Part shown: piece after piece, positions 1 to 11,722 of the stretch | Position numbering within the stretch: position 1 is the first letter of the stretch | Layout: every line of letters begins with the position of its first letter | NCBI GenBank assembly: GCA_025558095.1 | Contig: JAIVFI010000002.1 | Location: 868,001 to 932,000, forward strand | Source: Hyaloraphidium curvatum SAG 235-1 | Lineage: Eukaryota; Fungi; Monoblepharomycota | Reading direction: 5' to 3' | DNA length: 64,000 nt | The notes under the pieces: model-generated | The model's input: only the letters and a program-made list of their open reading frames with translations | Database searches by the model: none | Told to the model about the DNA's origin: nothing | Made by a program: the position numbers and the translations under genes

Positions 1-230
1 GTCCGGGCGGGCAGCGGGCGCAGCTACCGAGAGAAGGTCCGCCGAAAATTGCGGCTCGTCCGTCTCATTTGCCCCGCCTTGAGCTTCAGAAACGGGACTT
101 TGCGGGCTCGGAAGGTGGGACATTTTCGTTCAAACTCCGCTCGCGATCGGCCACGGACGAATCTTGAGAAAAGAGCTGTACAGAAAAAGCTTTCGGGTAT
201 CATCATCGCCATGCCAAAGCAATCTCCGCA

Positions 231-2277
231 TTACGCAGCAACAGACGCGGGAGTCTGCGGTACCTTCGCAGACGGTTCGGCAGCCGCGGCTGCTGCCGCA
301 GGCGGGCCCGCCCGCGGCGGAGCCGCGCCTCCCTCGCGGGCAATCGTCCGCACCGGTTTCGCTACCCGGTGTACCGGCCGATGGAGGATCTTGCGGAGCT
401 CCTGCTGAATCATGTGGCGCCCCTCGGTCGAGCTGATGGCCGGCAGCGTCCGCGTCAGCTCCAGCAGGTCGCAATCCGGCACAGCCGCCGGAGCCTGATC
501 GCCCACGCGGAGCACAAAGAACTGGGGGTGCAGCCGCTTCATGAGCAGGCTCGCGTCCGGGATCGAGACGGGGTACTCCATCGCCGGCGGATCCCCAGGC
601 TTCCGGATGAAGCCGATCATGTCCATCGACGCCAGCCGCTCGGCCATGTCGTACTCGCTGATGCTCGACCAGATGTTGTGCTCGTGTGGATCGACGCCCT
701 CCTCGCCCAGGCTGCCCGAAATTGGGCCCACGAAGCCAAAGAAGGGGTTTCGGCGCCAGCTGTCGTCGACAAAGATGTCCTCTCCGTCGCGCCGGATCCG
801 GAACCGCTTCGGCTTCGGGAGCTCCTCGAAGTGGCCGTCGTAGTCGGGATCGATGGTCCAGTAGCTACCCTTGCCCGTCCCATCGTCGCGAGGGACCTTC
901 TTGAACGCCTTGTTCAGGCTCAGCTGATGGCGCACAGAGTTCTGGACGGCAACGTCAGATACACTCACCGACGAGAAAGGGCACGGCAACTGACCTGCCA
1001 CTTGAGGCCCGCGTAATGGTAGTAGGGGTACCTGTCCTTGATGGCGTCGTAGATCCCTGCGAGGGTGAGCCTCTTGTTCGGGGCCAAGATGATGGCCTCG
1101 CCGATCAGGTTGGCGTAAGAATACTCCGGTTTCGGGTACGGGATGCTGGCGGGATCCATGATGATCTCGTCATCGTTCCGTTTGCGCTTCAGGCCGTCGA
1201 ACTTGGGTTTGGAAACCATGGGCTTCGGCAGCTTCGGCTTCGGGATCTCCGAGACAACAGCAAGCTCTTCGTCCGCGACAGCGGCGGCCGGCTTCTTGGC
1301 TTTGGCGAGCTCGCCCTTGGGCTTTGCCTTGGGCTTCGACGGCTCCTTCAGCTTGACGGCCTTTGCGCTCTCCGACTTGCCAATCTTTGGCCCTTCCGGT
1401 TTCGCCTTGGCTTTGGCAGCCTCGACCCTCGCCTTAGCAGCGTCGCTCTTGGCTTTGGCCTCGGCCTTTGCTGCCTTTGCCGCATCGGCCCTCGCCCTCG
1501 CGGCCTCCGCCTTGGCGGACTTGCCCTTGGGCTGCTTCGCCTTGGGCTCCGCTTTCTTGGCGGGCTTCTTCTTCCTCTTCTTCCGCTCGGGCTCGTCGTC
1601 ATCGGGCTCGTCAATGTCCATGGCAAAGTCGTCCTCCGGGAGCTCGTCAAACTCCTCGGGCTCCAAGCCGAGATCCAGATCGGCCTCCGCCTCGTCCGCA
1701 GCATCTTGGCCCGCGTCTGGAGCGGTTGGCAGTCCGAACTCAAAGGTGACGCCTCCGATTTCGAGCTGGTCTCTGCGGGACGGTGACGCTTGAGCGGCCC
1801 GTGTCCCCCTCGACCGGGTCCAGCACTTACCCCGATTCCAAAAGCACGGGCTCGGGACTCGGCTTGTAAAGCTCGCCGGCATGCCGAACGCCGTTCCTTC
1901 CGAGGACGAGCAGCTCCCTGACACGGAAGGCTCTGTGAGCGGGAGCCTTCGACGCAACTCCGACAGGCTTCCAACCATTTCCTCGTCCGGAAATTGAACT
2001 GAATCTTCGCGTGCTTCCTCGACACGTTCTTCCTCCCCGAACCAAGGTCTACATCGACCGCGTCCGCCGGGTCCGCCGGGGCGGCACCCTCGGGGGACCG
2101 CCCAATGGTGATCGCCAGCGTCTGCACATAGAACACCCAGTCGGCCCCTTGCAGCTTCGCGTAGGCCTGAACGGGCGCAACAGGGATCTCGGTGGTGCTC
2201 CTGTTTAGCTCCACATTGAAGGGCTTGGCGAAGTCCGAGGAGTGGGCCGCGCCCTCGGCCGCCGAGTCCAGCAGCAT
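231..2277 (-). CDS. FHA + forkhead (winged-helix) transcription factor, Fkh1/Fhl1/FOXK-like; multi-exon
   Basis: N-terminal [25 protein letters not shown]...[12 protein letters not shown] (FHA). [14 protein letters not shown]...[17 protein letters not shown]...WQ spliced to [28 protein letters not shown] (forkhead). Confidence 0.9.
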
Positions 2278-2459
2278 GGCGGTGCCCGACCGTCCTACAG
2301 CGAGCACATAGATCCCGGTAAAGCTCTGCAGGCCGTTCGGCTGTCTACGCCGTCCGCACGGGGCCTCACGCGGAGAGTCTTTCGGAGCCGCTGCGGTGAT
2401 CAATCGCGGTCAACTTCCCTGTTGCGTCCCCCTCCCCCATCCCCACACGCGAGACGGCC

Positions 2460-5073
2460 ATGGGCGCAGTGCGCGCTCTATGTGCGCTTGCGCTGCTCGC
2501 TGGCGTGTTCGCCGCACGCTCGGATGCGTTCTACGTCACGCCGGGCTTCCTGAGCCCGACGGCGTTCCACGACAATGACACCGTGCCCCTAATGGTGAAC
2601 AAGCTCACGTGGGTGGTCCGCAGCACTTGCCTGCCGCCAGCTGGCAAACGGTTTTCTCGGGACGGCGGCGCAGCTCGGACAAGACCATGCTCACGTACGC
2701 GTACGCGGATGCTGCAATCTTCTGCGCGCCCGCGGGCGGGTTCAAACGGCAGCTGCTGAACTTGGTGCGTCGAGGCGCGGCAGCTTATGCTCTGTGGGAT
2801 TCATTTGGCTTCCTGTCAGGGGGAGGTGTTGCGGGGAGACCGCATTGCCAACTCTGACTACCAGGTTCGTCGGATTGCCGCAGGGACCAGTGACCGAGCT
2901 CACGCTGGAATATCCGCAGCTGCGAATGAATGCCGACGAATCTTGTCGCGTGCTTTGCACGAAGCCGCTTTCGAAGTCGGACGCGGAGTTTGCGTGGTGG
3001 CTCATTAAGGAGGACTACCGCCTCGAGTGGTGGGGTCGACACTTGGCCGTTCCTTCGCGGGCATTGAGCTTTGCTGTCCAGGCTCATCGACAACTTGCCC
3101 TCGGCGACGGCGTACACGGCCCAGCAGGGCACCAAAAAGAAGCAGTACGAACCGGGATTCAAGTTGGGCACCTGGAAGGTTGGGACAGTGCCGCAACGGC
3201 GCCTTCTATGGCACCTAACCTTTCGACTGGGGGCCTCAGGATGAGAAGGCATACATCCACAACCACGTGAACCTGAAACTTTACTACGCGGCGAAGGGGC
3301 CGGGGGCAACCGCGGAAAAGTACATCGTCGGTTTCGAGGTCTATCCCAAGAGGCGGGTGGACTGCTGCATCACCGTGAACGGGTTGGCTGACTGTCACTT
3401 CAACAGTGTCGCCATTGCGGACGGAAACTGTCCCGCAAAGGTCAACGACCCGAACCTGCCGATGCAGCAGGTGACCAAGGACCCCGCGTCCATCACGTAC
3501 ACGTACTCTGTGTACTGGCTCGAGGAGAAGGAGGTTAACTGGGGCAACCGGTAGGAGGGCACCGCCGTGCGTGCCGGCAAAGATCCTAATCCGTGCCACC
3601 TAGGTGGGACCTTTACCTCATGAGCTCCGACCCTCAAATCCACTGGTACTCGATAATCAACTCGATGATCATCCTCCTTTTCTTGACGGCGATGGTGGCC
3701 ATCATCATGCTGCGGACGCTGAACAAGGACATTGCCATGTACAACGAGGAGGATCTCAAGGTTTGGCTCGCGGCTGAGGTCGTTTGCTCGTTCAACGGCC
3801 TGATGCGCTTTCTTTACTTCTCAGGAGGAACAGGAGGACACCACGGGCTGGAAGCTCGTCCACGGCGACGTCTTCCGTCCGCCGAGGCTGGGCGGCCTGC
3901 TTTCCATCGTCGTTGGCTCCGGAGTGCAGTTTGCTCTCATGATTCTCGTCACCGGATGTGGGCGCTTTTGCCTTCGCTGGCTTAGATGGCCTACTGACTA
4001 GCCGTCTTCGCAGTCTTTGCCGTTTTTGGCATTCTCAACCCGTCCTACCGCGGTGGCCTCATCTCCTTCGCGCTCTTCCTCTTCGTGTTCATGGGCGCGT
4101 TTGCCGGCTACTTCAGCTCGCGACTCTACAAGGCGTTCAAGGGAACGGCTTGGAAACGCAACGCCGTCCTCACGGCGACCGTCGTGCCGGGCAGTCTGTT
4201 TGCCATCATGTTCCTCCTCAACTTCTTCGTCTGGGCCCAAGAGGCTTCCAACGCCATTCCCTTGGGCACAATGGTCGTGATGTGTGAGTGGGCCGATGCC
4301 GGTGTTCGTGGATGTCAATCTCACGGCCCGCAGTCCTCATGTGGCTCGGCATCTCGCTGCCCCTCGTCTACGCGGGAGCATATTACGGGCAAAAGAAGCA
4401 GGTCATCGAGCACCCCGTGCGGACGAACCAGATTCCGCGCCAGATTCCCGAGCAGGTTTGGTACCTGCAACCCGGGCCGGCAATTTTGATTAGCGGCTTG
4501 ATGCCGTTTGTGAGTTGTTGCAATGCTCTTGAGCAGGAGCTCGACTGACCTCATTGGAACATCCAGGCCGTCGCTTTTATCGAGCTTTTCTTCCTGCTCA
4601 AGTCGGCCTGGTCCGACCAGTACTACTACCTGTTTGGTTTCCTGGGTCTGGTCGCGTCGATACTCGTCATCACCGTGATCGAGATCGACATTGTCATCAT
4701 CTACTTCACGCTGTGCGCCGAGAACTACCACTGGTGGTGGCGCTCATTCATGATCGGCGGTGCCTCCGCGGTCTACATCTTCCTCTGTGGGTGTTTTGCC
4801 CGGTCTTCTGTACGCAACTGACCTGCTCCGGCCTCAGACGCGCTCTTCTACTACGTGACGCGTCTGGAGATCAGCGACCCGGTCTCGGGCATGGTCTACT
4901 TTGTTCAAGCCCTCGTGGGCTGCCTCATCTACTTCGTGTCGCTGGCGACGATAGGGTTCCTCGCCACGTACCTGTTCCTCATCAAGATCTACGGATCGAT
5001 CAGTTCGTGTCCGCAACTTTTCAACGCCCGTCTTCTGCTGACCCTCGCCTCCGTCTCCGCAGAGATCGACTGA
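2460..5073 (+). CDS. Transmembrane 9 superfamily (EMP70/TM9SF) protein; multi-exon
   Basis: Signal peptide; [44 protein letters not shown]; spliced C-terminus IYGSIKID*. Confidence 0.93.
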
Positions 5074-5200
5074 GCTCGACCCTGGTGGACTGTAGATCGA
5101 TACTCTCGGCACATGGATACCCAGAAGATTGCGGCAAAGGGCAAATAAAGCCGTCACGTACATATGCATCTCAACGAGCACGTCCCCTGCGAGCAAACGC

Positions 5201-5946
5201 CTAGAGCTTCGAGTCCTTGATGTACCAGACCATCTCGACCTCCTGACGTGCGGCAGCCGCAGTGAGCAAGAGCCAGATGCAAGCCGCGCCCGAACGAACC
5301 TTCTTCTCAAACTCCAACTTGCTGTAGAAGGCCACGTTGTGCTCGCCGCAGTCGAGGATGACTTTGTAGCAGCCCATCGTTTTGGCAATCGATTTCAGTC
5401 CCTCGATGATGTAGCGCCCCATGTTCTTCCCGCGGTACCCCGGGTGGCTAACAATGTCCTCGATGTGCCCCACGAGCCCGGCCTCGTGAATGAATTTGCG
5501 TTCGACGAAAACGGTGCCAGCCGCCGCGATCCGGTTCTTTTTGAGATCCTCAATCACGATGGTGAAGTACTCGTGGTTGTGTTTCTTGAAGTAGGCATAG
5601 CGGTCTGAGCGTCGTTGGCGTGTCAGAACCCCATTTCGGCCACGGCAAGCCAAAGATGGGCTACCGACCGAGGAACTTATCCTTCGTGAACTCGCCCACC
5701 GTCGTCAGGTGCGAAAGTGCTTCGAGGAAGCCTGACGGAGATTGCGGCACAACACCGCACGAGCACCGCCCCGCGGTAAGCCTATCGAGCGGGAGGGCAC
5801 GGCATAACAGAAAGCCGACCTTTCTCATAGTCCGTTGCATGCAGCGGCCGGATCTCAAAGTCCTGGCCCAGGGCAGACCGTACCGCCGGAGAAATCAGCG
5901 ACCGGTCAAAGTAATCGGCCTGCGTCGAGGCAGAAACCGTCCCCAT
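5201..5946 (-). CDS. GNA1: Glucosamine-6-phosphate N-acetyltransferase; multi-exon
   Basis: IRPLHATDYEKG, GFLEALSHLTTVG, VERKFIHEAGLVGHIEDIV...YRGKNMG, GCYKVILDC..HNVAFYSK. Confidence 0.93.
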
Positions 5947-6428
5947 GGCCGATGCAGGATGGAAGAAGCAGATTCCAAACCAGAGCTCAGCTGCCCTGGC
6001 TTTGGCGCGCCGGAGTTTCGAAGACCCTGTTGTGCCGAATTTTCGTATGCTCGTTCTAAAGGCCCAGCCAACTCTAACGAGTTTTCTTTTCGCGGGATTC
6101 CCACCGCCGTTCCTGTCCCGGCCGCCCATCGCCGGTGAGTTGGACGCGAAGAATGCGCCAGCCTGTGCCGCACCCGGGGAGGACGCGGGATCTGCTGTGT
6201 GGGGCGGGCGAGGAGGCCTCGCGAGAGATTTCTTTACCCGGCAACACCATCATCGCCCGGAGCCGGGCCACGCGCCCCACGCATGCCGATGCATATCTCT
6301 TGAACTCTCTCCTGGACCATTGGCGGGATCCGCGGACGATTGGGCGCGGCGTTGGGGCGGTTCGCACGGTTTCTGGCGGGAAGCTGACTTCCGAGGCAAA
6401 ACGATCCAGGGACCTTTAAGCTAGCACC

Positions 6429-8074
6429 ATGGCGGCCACTGGTGGTGCAGCTCCGGCCATCGAGAGCACCGAGGTATGGTTTCCTCGTCCCAGCGCGCTT
6501 CCGAGCTTGGTGCCAACCCGCGCTCCCTCGCAGGTCGGATGGCTCTTTGTCCAAGAGTACTACACCTTCTTGAACAAGAGCCCGCACAAACTGCACCAGT
6601 TCTACAACCAGAAGTCGTACCTCATCCATGGCCATGAGGGTGAGACGGTCAAGCTCTGCCACGGGACCCAGGTTCGTTCTTCGGCACCCCTTCGAAGGCT
6701 CCAGGTTCTGACGCGGCTCGACGGTGCAGGAGATCCAGAACCGCATCGCCGAGCTGGACTTCAACGACTGCAAGGTCCTTGTCTCGAACGTCGACAGCCA
6801 GACGTCCCTCAACGGAGGCATCATCGTCCAAGTACTGGGGGAGATGTCCAACAAGGGCGGGCCGCACCACAAGTTCGCGCAGACCTTCTTCCTGGCCCAG
6901 CAGCCTCACGGCTACTACGTGCTGAACGACATCTTTCGGTTCCTGAAGGAGGAGGTCGACAACGATGCCGACGCCTACGACGATCTGTCCGCGGACCAGG
7001 GGCCCGTCATCCAGGAGCAGTTCGTCAACGACTACCAGCAGAAGGTCGAAAGCCAAGGCCACCGCCACGTCGAGCATGCTGCGGCGCCCCAGCCCGAAGT
7101 CGCCCCCGCGGCTGCGGCCGCCGCCGCCGCCGTCGAGATCGCTACCGAGCAGGCCCCCGCTCCTGCCACCAGCAAGCCCCGTGGATCTCCCGACCGCGCT
7201 CCCGGGCCGGCTGCCAAACCCGCTGCCCCTGCTGCGGAGGAGAAGCCCGAGCCGGCTGCCGAGCAGGCCGCCCCGGAGCCTGCCACGGAGAACCACGTGA
7301 ACCACGTGCCCGCCGAGGTGGCTGCCGCGGCCGGTGCCAAGGCCGAGGCTTCCGCCGCCAAGAGCGATGCCTCCAAGACCCCCAAGTCCTGGGCGGCGCT
7401 CGCGAGCGCTACTCCCAAGGTTCCGCCGACGGCCCAGTCGCCCAAGAAGCCCGAGCCGCAGGCCCCCGCCCCGGCGAAAGCCGAAGCTCCGGCCAAGCCG
7501 CAGGCGACTCAGACCGCGCCGCGTCGCGAGCCCCCCAAGCAGAGTACGTTGCGATAAGTGCGACAAGGAAGTGCGGGCTCGATTAACCTCCCGTTCGGTT
7601 CGCAGCCGACGATGCGTTCTCCATCTTCGTCCGCAATGTCCGCGAAGGCATTACCATCGAAATGCTGAAGGAGGTGTTCGGCGTTGTCGGCACTGTGAAA
7701 AGCGTGGAGATCAGGAAGGTGGGGATGCAACGGGTTCGTGCGCACCGGAGACCGTTGCTCATGCGCCGGTCGTTTGCCAGCAAAACGCATTCGTCGAGTT
7801 CGCGACCAAGGAGATGGCCCAGATTGCCATCAAGCAGCACAAGTTCCAGTCGCCGACGCAGGAAGGCTGGCTCTACGTCGAGGAGAAGAAGCGGAACCCG
7901 GGCCCACCTGCTCCCCGCACCGGAGCTCCCCGTGGCGGACGCGGAGGGCGCGGTGGTGCTCCTGCCAACATGGGCGACAGGAAGCCTCCGGCGAACGGCA
8001 ATGGCAAGCCTGCCCCATCAGGCCCGGCACCCGAGGCGTCTGGCGCGGCGGCCCTGGCTCCCGCGGAGAAGTGA
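6429..8074 (+). CDS. NTF2 + RRM + RGG protein (G3BP/Bre5/Nxt3 family); multi-exon
   Basis: VGWLFVQEYYTFLNKSP..LHQFY, KFAQTFFLAQQPHGYYVLNDIFRFL (NTF2); SIFVRNV and AFVEF (RRM); YVEEKK; RGG tail. Confidence 0.9.
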
Positions 8075-8351
8075 TTTGCTGAAACGGACTCGAAATTGCC
8101 GCGCATTGCTGCAATGCGATCGTGGGGCGGATGCATGATGGGTGGGCGTGCGATGTAGCGGATGGGGATGGGGCGGTGCACCCGTGCAGGGCTCGAGGCG
8201 CGAAAAACTAGACAGCTATTTGAGTTGATTGGCGATATCAAACGCGCGATCAGTGTACATCTGGCAATGAGACGGGCCTTGCGTGCGAGGGGACATTTTG
8301 TGCCGCGCTACAGCGTCTCCGCCGCCACGAAACTACCAGCACTCCACAACG

Positions 8352-9293
8352 ATGCTCCGGTCCACAGCGCTCGTGGCCCGCGTGGTCGCCAAGGTAAATC
8401 TTTGGACAGGAACACCATCGGATGGCGGCATTTGCGGTGCTACGGGGCGGGATGGGCGCGGGGATGGCGATGGCGCCGGCGTGGCGGCGGTCGCGGCTGC
8501 CCGCCCCAGCGGACGCCCCTGCGCCCGCCGTGGGCCGCGCCGTGGGTTATTTGTGGCGGCAGATTGGGAGCGGTGGCGGGATGCGGCCGGCGCGGACAGG
8601 ATGTTGAGACGGTGCCTTTCCTCGCAGAGCGCGGCGGTGCGCACCGCGCTCCCCGCGGCCGCCGTGTGCCCGCGCATGTTCGCGACCGCTGCGCCGAAGG
8701 CTCAGAGGGGTGGAGGTGAGACCGGATCCGCGCGGACGGCCGGCGGCGGCGCTGACCACTTTTCGTCCTCCCAGACGATGTGATCCAGAAGCTCTACCTC
8801 GATGCCCTTCGTTCGTACACTCCCGCAGCGGAGACGGAGAAGCCCGACCTGCCCGACAAGGTCTCGAAGCCCGCGGTGCCGGCTGCCGTGGGTTGCTTCG
8901 TTGTCTGGTTGAGCGCACCCCCTTGACGTTCGTGCACCTGCGTCTGAATCGTTCAGCCTGCGCTGGAACTCTCGCCTGCGGAGCCCATCGAAGAGGGCGG
9001 CGAGATTGTGCTCGTCAGGGCGGAGGACTTCCCCGCCTACGTCGACCCGATTGAGAACCCCGAGGACTGGGACCCCGTGCGTGTTTCGCGTCCGGTGCAC
9101 ATTCCAGCCGCTCATTCGCATGGGTTCTTCTCGTTGTTATGCAGTGGTGGGACTACAGCATCGACTCGGAGGTGTTCCCGGTGAGAAGGGCATGGTAGCG
9201 AGTTTCGCTAGCGGGAGAGCTGACCTTGTCGCACGACAGCACAACCTCAACCGGCAGCCCAAGCCGCCGACGGAACTACACGAGGCGCACTAG
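8352..9293 (+). CDS. ATP14: Mitochondrial ATP synthase subunit h; multi-exon
   Basis: Arg/Ala-rich presequence MLRSTALVARVVAK..., then DVIQKLYLDALRSYTP resembling the fungal subunit h motif DLVQDLYLRELKAY; acidic C-terminus. Confidence 0.7.
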
Positions 9294-9571
9294 AGGGGAG
9301 GTTGACGAGACTCGGTGTAGCGGATCCATAAATCGATACGCTGCTCGCTCTAGCTCCGTCGTACCGGGATACATCTAGGTCCGCCTGCAACCATCTCGAA
9401 AACTCCTGCCTTAAAGCCGTCGTAAGTATCGTTTGAGTCGAGCATGGCGGGGTGCAGGGGAATGGCACAGGTGCGATGCATCAAAGGCCCGCCGCCACCC
9501 CTGAGTGGCGGGAAACTTTCGCACCCCAACTTCCGTAGCGCCGCCGCCTGCAGCGGCGCAGTGCGTGTGCC

Positions 9572-11661
9572 ATGGCGCGGCCGCCGCAGGCCATGCCGCC
9601 GGGGCCGCCGCTCGGGTCGGGCGAGCTCACGGCGCTGACGTCTGTGGGCAACCAGCACTCGCTCGCCGCCCTCGACCCCGCGGCCGGCCGCCGCCCGCTG
9701 CTGGACGTCGAGCTGCCGCCGACGACCGGCATCTACTCGGCGTCGGGCTTCGACCTGATGGCCGTGCTCGCGCGCGTCGTCACGAGGCCCAACCCGAAGA
9801 TCGACCTAGGTCCGGTCGACTTCTCGTGCGCCTTCGTCGTGTCGGACGTGAAGAAGCCGGACAACCCCGTGGTGTACTGCTCGACGGTACGGCTGCTCTC
9901 CCTGCACAGCTTGCGCTTCTGCGCTCATGCCGCTTCAACCCCCCGCCCCCGTCGTCCTCACGAACCAGAACTTCACCAAGCTCACGGGGTACACTCTGCC
10001 CGAGATTCTCGGCCGCAACTGCCGCTTCCTGCAGGCGCCGAACGGCGACGTCAAAGCCGGGGAGGTCCGCAAGTACACGGACAACGCCATCATCTACGAG
10101 CTGAAGCAGAAGCTGGACAACTTTGAGGAGTGCCAGTTCATCCTCATCAACTACAAGAAGAGCGGCGAACCCTTCATCAACCTCGTCACATGCATTCCGG
10201 TGGTGAGCTTCGGCATTCGCGGTTCCCGGTTGGCGAGGCGTAGCTGAGCTGTCGCGCAGCAATGGGGGGAGAAACCAAACGATTACGCCTTCATGGTCGG
10301 CTTCCAAATTGTAAGTGGACCAATTGTGGCTTCCACGTTCTGGCACTGAAGCACTTTGCCCAGGATTTGGTGGACCAGCCGCAAAACATCCTGGCTCGCC
10401 TACGCGACGGAACCTACACGGTCAACTGTTTGTATCTGTCGTACTCGGCGGTGGCGCTTTCTCATTCTGGCGCCGTCCAGATCAAGCATTGTGGAAACGC
10501 GACGACGACCAGAGCAGCAGCGCTGACGGACCCCTCTCCATTACCAACGAGGTCGAAGACCTCCTTTCCCCGTCCAACTCCCAGTTTTCTCCTACTCCCT
10601 CCTTTGAATCCTTCACCTCCTCCCTGAACGATACCGGACTGATCGGCAAGAATGGCAGCGGCAAAGATGTCGACGGGGAGCTGGCCTTTTACCGCGCCAT
10701 CGTCGAGCACGGCAAGGACTTTGTCCACATTCTGTCGCTCCGGGGCCGGTTCCTCTACGTCAGCAGACGGGCTTCCGCCAAGCTGCTCGAGTTCAGCGAG
10801 GAGGAGCTTGTGGGAAGAGGCCTGTCGGAGTTCTGCCATCCCGCGGATTTGCTGGTGGTGATGCGCGACCTGCGGAGCGCAGTGCCCGGCGATTCCATCC
10901 AGCTCCTGTACCGGTTTAAGCGGAAACGGAGCGGCTACATCTGGCTGGAGGCGCGAGGTAGTTGCGACATTAGCCTTGCGCACTGTTTTAGCTGATCGCT
11001 CTTCCCAGGGCACGTGTACGAGGGAGAGTCCAAGCGCACAAAGTGCTTCGTGCTCTCGGGCCGGGAGAAGCTCGTCGGCTCGGCCAACACGAAGGACATC
11101 AGCCACAACCTGGACGTGCGGGATCCGCGCGTGGACTTTTGGGCGAAATTGAGTCTCAACGGGCTCTTCCTCTTCGCCACCCCGAGCTGCGTCAGCATCC
11201 TGGGGACGGATGCCAACAGCGTCGTCGGGGCTTCTTTCCTGGACTTTGTCCCGAAAGAGTACCGGGAAGCCATCCGGCAGACCCTGCTCGATTACGGGCA
11301 ACCGGCCCCGCCCAACAAGGCGACACGGTCGGGGACGATACAGCTCACGCTGAGCACGCCCCACGGGCACCTGCCGGTGTCGATGTGGGTGTACCGGACT
11401 CCGCCAGGCGTGGCCAACGGCATGAAGCCGGTCGGGCCGCCGTTTGTGCTGGTCCAGGTCATGTCTGGGCACGTGGGGCCCGGGGACGAGTTGCCCAACG
11501 GCTTCGCCAACGGCGTCGCGAAGGACGTCTACGGGATTATGGACCCCACGCGCGCTTCCAGCTTCCCCTACGAGAGGGAGAAGCTGCGCGCGCTGAACAA
11601 GAAGCTGCAGGACGAGCTCGCCTCGGTTGCACCGAGCCGGAAACGGGCGAACCCTGCATAG
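9572..11661 (+). CDS. wc-1: White collar-1-like blue-light photoreceptor (LOV-PAS-PAS), no GATA zinc finger; multi-exon
   Basis: GIYSASGFDLMAVLARVVTRPNPKIDLGPVDFSCAFVV, ILGRNCRFLQ (photoactive Cys), INYKKSGEPFINLVT. PAS-B: HILSLRGRFLYVS..FCHPADL..RFKRKRSGYIWLEARG. PAS-C: FWAKLSLNGLFLF. Confidence 0.93.
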
Positions 11662-11722
11662 CGTGCTGTACAGCCTTTTTTTGTCTGCGCAAGAGAAAGA
11701 ACAACCTCTGTCTACATCACAA

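Noticed and set aside
5201-5946. GNA1 as a sugar-nucleotide supply gene for the GT island
   Set aside because: It is 9 kb away, separated by unrelated housekeeping genes, and is intron-rich core metabolism.
8394-8627. Unusually long first intron of ATP14 as a possible snoRNA host
   Set aside because: No C/D boxes or rRNA-antisense stretch seen; H/ACA cannot be judged by eye.
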